DNA of 64,000 bases from Caecitellus pseudoparvulus (lineage: Eukaryota > Protista > Bigyra: Bicosoecida), in contig CBFFRQ010000062.1 of NCBI GenBank assembly GCA_965644315.1, positions 124,001 through 188,000 of the forward strand. Reading direction: 5' to 3'. The first letter of the stretch is position 1. Each line of letters begins with the position of its first letter. The position numbers and the translations under genes are program-made. The notes beneath the pieces were generated by a model. That model did not search any database. It was not told where the DNA came from and saw only the letters and a list, made by a program, of their open reading frames with translations. This document shows positions 58,337-64,000 of this stretch, in pieces.

Positions 58337-60295
58337 ATGGCAGCGCCGCTGCTGGAAGTGGAGGGGGCGCCGTCAACTTCCCTCTTGCGCCAGCGGTCCC
58401 TCTCAGAGGGCTCCATCAGCACTGTCTTTGACACGCCTGGCCTGCATGGTGTCGCTGTGGACCCGAGTTTGCCCGGCCAGCCAGCCAGACTGTCTTATTT
58501 CGGCCAGCTGGGGCGCACCATCCACGGCCTCACCCTGCGAGCGGCCTTGGGCTGCACCCTGCTGCTGCAAGCTAGCAATGTCCTGGCTCTGCACTTCCTG
58601 GGCCACGGGCAAGGGGTGCACGCACTGCAGGGGCATGTGGGGGGCCTGGCCACGACGGCTGTGCTACAGGCCGCCCAGCTGGCGCTGAGCATGGTGGGGG
58701 GGTACCTCGTCTGGACGGCGTCCTGGCGCATCACCATGGCCACAGCCTGCGCCCTGTACTGCATCGTCCTCCTCACCTTCGCCGGGCTGTACCTGCTCTG
58801 CACCCTGTCGGACAGTGACGCGCTGGCGTTCGCCCCCGAGCTGCTGCGCGACAGCGACGACGGGGAGAGCCTGTGGCGGGGCTACGTCATGCTGCTGTAC
58901 TTTTCTGTGGAAGTGCAGACGCTGACGGGGCTGGGGGAGGTGTGGGCCAGCGCTGTGGCGGCCCAGCTCGTCTGCATCACGCAGCAGCTGGCCGGTGTCC
59001 TGTTCAACACGTGGATCCTGTCGCAAACCTTCCACCGCTTCGAGCGGCGCATGACGAAGGGCCCCCGGCACGGCTGCTTGCACGTCGTCTCCCAGCTGCG
59101 GGTGCTGAAGGTCATCCGCAAGTGGACACGGCAGTACCTGCTGCCCATCGTGGCAGTGCTGCAGCTGGCCACCTTCACCACGCTCATCGTGTACGGGCGG
59201 CACGTGGACCTGCGGCAGGAGTCCCTGGCAGAGACGTGGGTGGTCAGCGTGGGCATGGTGCTGACGGTGCTGCAGATCCTCGTCATCGCCGTCACCTCCT
59301 CCAAGTTCGTCATCCGCAAGACGCACCGGCTGACCATGGGCTTCGTGGCGCAGAGCTACTTCGCCATCATCATCACCTTCTCTGGCTTCTACGCCTTGCT
59401 GTTCCTGTCCTCCACCAAGCGCCGGGCGTTCTGGGTGCCCCTGGACGCTTGGGATGAGGCGCCTGCCGGGGCCCATGCGTCGCGCGCTGGCGTGCCGGTG
59501 CTGCCCCTGCTCGTGGAGCTGCTCATGTTTAGCATCTCCACCCTCACAAGCACCGGCTTCGGCACCATCGTGCCCCTGACCGCCACTGCCCGTGCCGCAG
59601 TGGCGGTGCAAATGCTGCTGCAAGTCACCTTCACAGTGCTCATTCTGGGCTACGGCCTGTCGCACATTGGGCAGCGGCGGGTGGGGGGCACGAGGGGGGT
59701 GAACGCCCCCCCCCCTCGTGCCCCCCCTGGGTACGGAACAGCACCCCCCCTCCCGGTGGTGGAAGCCCCCTCAGGCGGCGAGGAAGCTGCCTCCTCTGCG
59801 TCCGACGCCAAGGCCCTGCCCCGCCAGCACTCTCGCCGCCTGCTGCGATCTCTGCACAAGGCTGGCCACCTGGACGATGGGCGGCGGTACTACCACACCT
59901 CCTCCTCTTCCACAAACACGGACGAAGAGGCAATCGTGCGGGCAGCATCCCTGCACGTGCCGCTGCTGACGCCCGGTGCCGCGTCACCACACGCCCCCGT
60001 ACCCTCGGAGGGGGGGGCACCCACCCCCCCCTTCTTCAGCCTGCCAGCTCCGGCAGGTGGGTTCGCGCAGCGGGGCACTGCAGAGCGCCATGCGTCAACA
60101 TCAGGCATCAGCCTGCCGGCATCGCAGCCCCTGCGAGGGGGGGTGTTCCGACCTCACATCGTGGGGCCTGCCGAGGCACATCAATCCTCCGCAGCCGCCT
60201 TGCTCCGGGGCTTCCCTGCTGTGTCGCCAGGCACGGGCGCTACGCAGCCCTCTGCAGCGTCACTGACTGACGCAAGCGCGGAAAGTGACGTTTGA
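58337..60295 (+). CDS. Two-pore-domain ion channel-like protein (tandem Ion_trans_2 modules)
   Basis: Multiple TM helices and two pore loops, YFSVEVQTLTGLGEV and FSISTLTSTGFGTIVP. Confidence 0.8.
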   Translation: MAAPLLEVEGAPSTSLLRQRSLSEGSISTVFDTPGLHGVAVDPSLPGQPARLSYFGQLGRTIHGLTLRAALGCTLLLQASNVLALHFLGHGQGVHALQGHVGGLATTAVLQAAQLALSMVGGYLVWTASWRITMATACALYCIVLLTFAGLYLLCTLSDSDALAFAPELLRDSDDGESLWRGYVMLLYFSVEVQTLTGLGEVWASAVAAQLVCITQQLAGVLFNTWILSQTFHRFERRMTKGPRHGCLHVVSQLRVLKVIRKWTRQYLLPIVAVLQLATFTTLIVYGRHVDLRQESLAETWVVSVGMVLTVLQILVIAVTSSKFVIRKTHRLTMGFVAQSYFAIIITFSGFYALLFLSSTKRRAFWVPLDAWDEAPAGAHASRAGVPVLPLLVELLMFSISTLTSTGFGTIVPLTATARAAVAVQMLLQVTFTVLILGYGLSHIGQRRVGGTRGVNAPPPRAPPGYGTAPPLPVVEAPSGGEEAASSASDAKALPRQHSRRLLRSLHKAGHLDDGRRYYHTSSSSTNTDEEAIVRAASLHVPLLTPGAASPHAPVPSEGGAPTPPFFSLPAPAGGFAQRGTAERHASTSGISLPASQPLRGGVFRPHIVGPAEAHQSSAAALLRGFPAVSPGTGATQPSAASLTDASAESDV

Positions 60296-60774
60296 GCCCC
60301 TTGCAGCGTGGTGCCAGTGTCCTCTGTGTGGTTGTGGCGTGTGCCATGCTTGGCACGTGCACGGGCCGCAGCTTTGGCCTTGGCCTTGCGTGCGCGGGCT
60401 GCCTTGACTCCCGCACGGGACTGTGCACCGCGTTGCAACGCATCAACCTTCTCTGCCAACACTGACCGGGCAATGCGGCGATTGTCGTGCAGCGACCTTG
60501 TGCGATGGCAAGCCACACTCAATCCAGTCGGTACATGCGTCAAGGTCACTTTGTTCCGTGTGCGGTTCACCTTCTGGCCGCCCTTGCCACCTCCCGCGGC
60601 GTACACCTCATGTAGGTCTGCCTCGTCCAGGGCGGGCACCTGTGGCAGTGCCTTGGCAAGCCCTCGCACGGGCACGCAGAGTTGAGCACACCCTTGAAAT
60701 ACCACTACATGTGGAGCACCCTTGGCCAAAGCCCGCGGGCTGCTCCACAGCGCAATGTGCGCCCTGGCAAGCAT
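60181..60774 (-). CDS. MTRFR: Mitochondrial ribosome-rescue peptidyl-tRNA hydrolase (mtRF-R/C12orf65-like)
   Basis: GGGKGGQKVNRT...LTHVPTGLSVACHRTRSLHDNRRIAR and a basic C-terminal tail. Confidence 0.88.
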   Translation of the reverse strand: MLARAHIALWSSPRALAKGAPHVVVFQGCAQLCVPVRGLAKALPQVPALDEADLHEVYAAGGGKGGQKVNRTRNKVTLTHVPTGLSVACHRTRSLHDNRRIARSVLAEKVDALQRGAQSRAGVKAARARKAKAKAAARARAKHGTRHNHTEDTGTTLQGAQTSLSALASVSDAAEGCVAPVPGDTAGKPRSKAAAED

Positions 60775-61088
60775 GTCCACTGCCCGTGAAACTCTGATGA
60801 AACGCGGAACTGCCCCCTGACGAGGCTGCAGCACCTAGGCACAATGGAGAGTGAAGCGCAAAACAAGCACTCCAGGTACTTCGAATACCATAAGTCCAAG
60901 TTATTTTGTTCTTCTTGCCAGATGTTGCGGCCTGCGCTTCTGTGGCCTGGAACTCACGAAGCGTCCTCCGCAACCGTTGGACACGCCGCTCAGTCCCTGC
61001 TCCGTGCTGGGGAGCCACTTGCGCCTCAAAGGCAGCATTGTGCCCTTTGGCTCACCCTCATACACACCTTACACATCTCATTCCCAGA

Positions 61089-63406
61089 ATGAGCAGCATG
61101 GACTTGTCCTCGGTGACAGCAGGGGACCTGGACGCTGCCCTGGCTCGGGGTGCGGAAATCGATTTGCAGACAATGTCATGGAAGTCGGCAGGTGCTACGC
61201 AGTGCTGCGAAACTACGCCATGCAGCGCCAGTGATGGAAGCAGTCAGTCTCTTGCATCTTTGCGGCAGGGCAAGGTCGCCGAGCATGGGTCTGCCGCCTT
61301 CCACCGTGCCGAGCAAGGCGTGGCCATGGCAGAGCTGGTGGGCACCAGTGGCCACTCCGTGCGGTGCCTGTTCCCTGGCAGCGTGGAGAGCCACCCCGCC
61401 ATGGCCTTCATGGCACACGAGTGGAGCCTGCACTTGGGCCAGCGCCTTCTCACCGCCATGACAGAGTCAGGCCTGCCCTCCGCAGCTCTGCCTCAGCCCT
61501 GCACGCTCCTGCAGCGCGGCATGTCTCCCGAGCCAGACGCCGCCTCCCCCAGTGCTCAGCACACTGCAGCTGCCCTGCAAGACCTGGGCAGCTCAGTGCT
61601 GTACACAGAAGAAGAGCTGCTGTCAGCTGTCCTGCACACGGCAGCTGTGTGGGCGCGGGTGACGGCGGCAGCGTTGGGCACCGCCGCCGCCACCTCCTCA
61701 GCAACGGCAACACCTGCGCCTTCCCCACCCGGCCTGCCGCACCTGGCTGCTAGCCGCGCCGCTGTTGGGCGTCCTGACTTCTCCGCCTTCCCTCCGCGAT
61801 CTCAACTCGTGCCAGAGGACGCTGACCCAGACGGTCGCCTCCTGCGGCACCTGCGTCTCCCTGGAACACCCACCCTGGCCACGCTGCGCGAACAGTGGCG
61901 CGTGCTGCACCCAAGCAACCCCGCTGTGCTGTACCACCTGGGCGTGCACGATTGCCTCCTGTGCCCCACTCGCGTGGCCAAACGCTCCAGGTCGGGCGCA
62001 TCGGCTCAGCCCCGCGGCAGCTCCGAGCTGTGGCCGGGGCCGCCGTTCTGGAACACGGCCGTGCCGGAACACCCTGCGTCACCCCCACCTGTCTCCCCCA
62101 CCCCCTCCAAACCCACCCCCGTCGCAGGCAGCCCGCGCAACGTCCCTTCCCGCGTGGACAGCGGCGCCGCCCCCTCCTCCGCTCGCCCCCCCTCCGCCAC
62201 TGGCTCCGCCAGATCGGTCACTGGCACAGCCGAAGCAGCCCTCAAAGCAGGGGTGCTCTTCGCAGGCGTGCTGTCCACGCCGGCGCCGGGCCACGCCGCC
62301 GCGCCCCAGCCGGTGCACCCTGGCGCATCGTACGCGGTGGTGTTGGCGGAACACAGAACACATGCGGCTCTGGCAGGCCGGCGCAGTGGCGTGTCTCTGG
62401 GCGCCCTGCGCCGCCTGGCACTGCAGGGCGTGCCGTCCCTGCACCGCAGTGCGGTGTGGGGCGTGTTGCTGGGCTGTGCCTCTGCACCCACCCTGGCGTC
62501 ACGGTATGGCGACTTGCATGCCCAACTGTCCAGCAGCACCCTCCTCCTGGATGCCTTGTTCCACTGTGACGCCGAGGCGACGGCGGACGACGAGTTGTTC
62601 TTCCCGCACGACACGCTGCTGTGCAGGGTGGCGCTGGCCTTTGCGCGTGACAGCCGCGTGCGGGGGGGGGTCAGTGCTCCCCCACACACATGGTTTGCGC
62701 TGGCTCAAGCCAAGGCAGGCAGCGACGGCGCCCCAGCTGACTTTGTGACTCCGCCTTGTGGTGCGCTGCCGTTTGAGCAAATCTCCGCATACGCCGCGCC
62801 GCTGCTCTTCGTGTGCCCCGACGACGAAGCTAAAGTCTACGACCTCTTCAGGCGCATGGTGCGTTTCATGCCTGCGTTTCCACCAGCACCGCTCACCCCA
62901 CAGCCGCCCTCACCTGCCACACCACCTCGCCGCCCTCCACTCCGCAGTATGAACGGCTTTGGTGCCGCCTGTCAGCGCTCTCCTGCGAAGCAGACACCCT
63001 ACTTCCTCTGCTGTGCCTGGCAGAGCAGTGCGTGCATGCGCACGCCCCCGCCCTGGCGAACGAGCTGGCGCAGCGGGGCGCACCGGTGTGTGCGCTTGCA
63101 GCACACGTCATGCGTTTCGCAGGCACGGGCTGCATGAGCGTAACGCAGGTGCTGTTGCTGTGGGACCGCCTGCTGGCCGCCAACTCGCTGTCCCTGCTCG
63201 CCGTGGCGGCTGCGGGACTGGTGATGCTGCACGGGTCCACACTGCTGCAGGCCCTGCCGAGCACCAGCTCCTGCCCAGGTGGCAGTGTGGACGTGCAGGC
63301 GCTGGACACTGCCCGGGGCATCTTCACTCGCCACGCAGAGGCAGTCGTCATCGTCCCTCTCTGCCAGATGGTGCTGTTTGCCGCACCCAGCGACGGCAGG
63401 CAGTGA
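61089..63406 (+). CDS. TBC1D19: TBC1 domain family member 19-like (Rab-GAP fold)
   Basis: GVPSLHRSAVW, LLLDALFHCDAEATADDELFF...LAFARD, PPCGALPF...YAAPL, QVLLLWDRLLAANSLSLLAV; one intron at about 62859-62948. Confidence 0.82.
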
Positions 63407-63611
63407 CGCGGGGCGGTCCTTGTGGCAAAATGCAGCGCCACGCGATCATGGGACTGTAGCGAATTGAAGCAGCTCTGCCACAGCCTTGGATTACGTCGCC
63501 CCATGGCTGCAGCCATTCAGCTGCTCGCTGCAGCGCAGGGTGGAGTGCGGGGCGTGGAGGTGAGAACCAGCACCTGCAGGCGTGCACTGCAAAGCGGCTG
63601 TTCAACCTCCC

Positions 63612-64000
63612 ATGTCGGGCCTTTCACAGGAAGTGCACACGAGGCGCATTGAGACTATTTTGTCGAAGCCCTTGCAGCTGAAGAATGCGTCTGGTAAGCC
63701 AAAGAAGCAGCAAGGCGATGCCTTCCACATCGTGAGTTTCACCGCGAAACGTCAGATACCTGCACAGCACACCTTTGTGCCTGCGTGACGTCCAGGGAGG
63801 AAAGAAGCGGCCCCGTGCCCGGCAGGTCACCAGCAAGCTCTCCCTAGAGCTCATGCAGCAGTGCCACCACACGTGGCACAGCGCTGTGTTGAAGGCACTG
63901 CAAGCCAGCGGTGTCGAGGAGTTCGCAGCTCACGGAGTGCAGAGCATGCCACTCTCCTTTGCTGTGGTGCGCATTGAATCCTGCACTTCAGCACCCCAGC
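63612..64000 (+). CDS. Partial gene of unknown function (runs off the right edge)
   Basis: ATG 63612 (MSGLSQEVHTRRIETILSKP...AFHI), a GTGAGT...GGCAG intron, then an open frame VTSKLSLELMQQCHH... to the window end. Confidence 0.5.

Noticed and set aside
57859-58434. 191-aa minus-strand ORF upstream of the two-pore channel
   Set aside because: It overlaps the channel start antisense, has no recognisable motifs, and its composition looks non-coding.
1-64000. Transposon, endogenous virophage/Polinton, stop-codon recoding or non-canonical introns
   Set aside because: I found no integrase, transposase or capsid ORFs and no terminal repeats. Apparent in-frame stops in conserved genes resolve with canonical GT-AG introns.

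Overview
A gene-dense, GC-rich eukaryotic nuclear window with about 25 protein-coding genes and no tRNA, rRNA, CRISPR array or transposon that I can support. Genes are split by short (about 60-115 nt) canonical GT-AG introns (donors GTGCGT/GTGAGT/GTACGT, acceptors YRCAG) that sit mostly near 5' ends, so the ORF track fragments most of them; I rebuilt the models by hand. Gene content and style suggest a heterotrophic protist, probably a stramenopile such as a bicosoecid (inference only). Housekeeping genes are RPB11, acylphosphatase, GLRX5, BMS1, COX20, mitochondrial IF3, GMP reductase, RRP1, mtRF-R and TBC1D19. The highlights are: (1) a recurrent AATGCA hexamer just downstream of most stop codons on the sense strand, a candidate lineage-specific polyadenylation signal, which is palindromically overlapped between convergent genes; (2) an intronless ~4350-aa single-pass surface protein combining a C-type-lectin-like N-terminus, many cadherin repeats, an S/T stalk and bacterial ELWxxDGT-like repeats, with internal low-GC blocks; (3) a Parkin-like Ubl-RING0 protein lacking the RBR ligase module; (4) a Dad4 (DASH/Dam1 kinetochore) gene built from micro-exons and missed by the ORF track; (5) a TPLATE/beta-COP-like coat subunit; (6) a dual FKBP-TPR-cyclophilin; (7) two channels with non-canonical motifs. 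All protein family calls come from motif recognition by eye, not from database searches.
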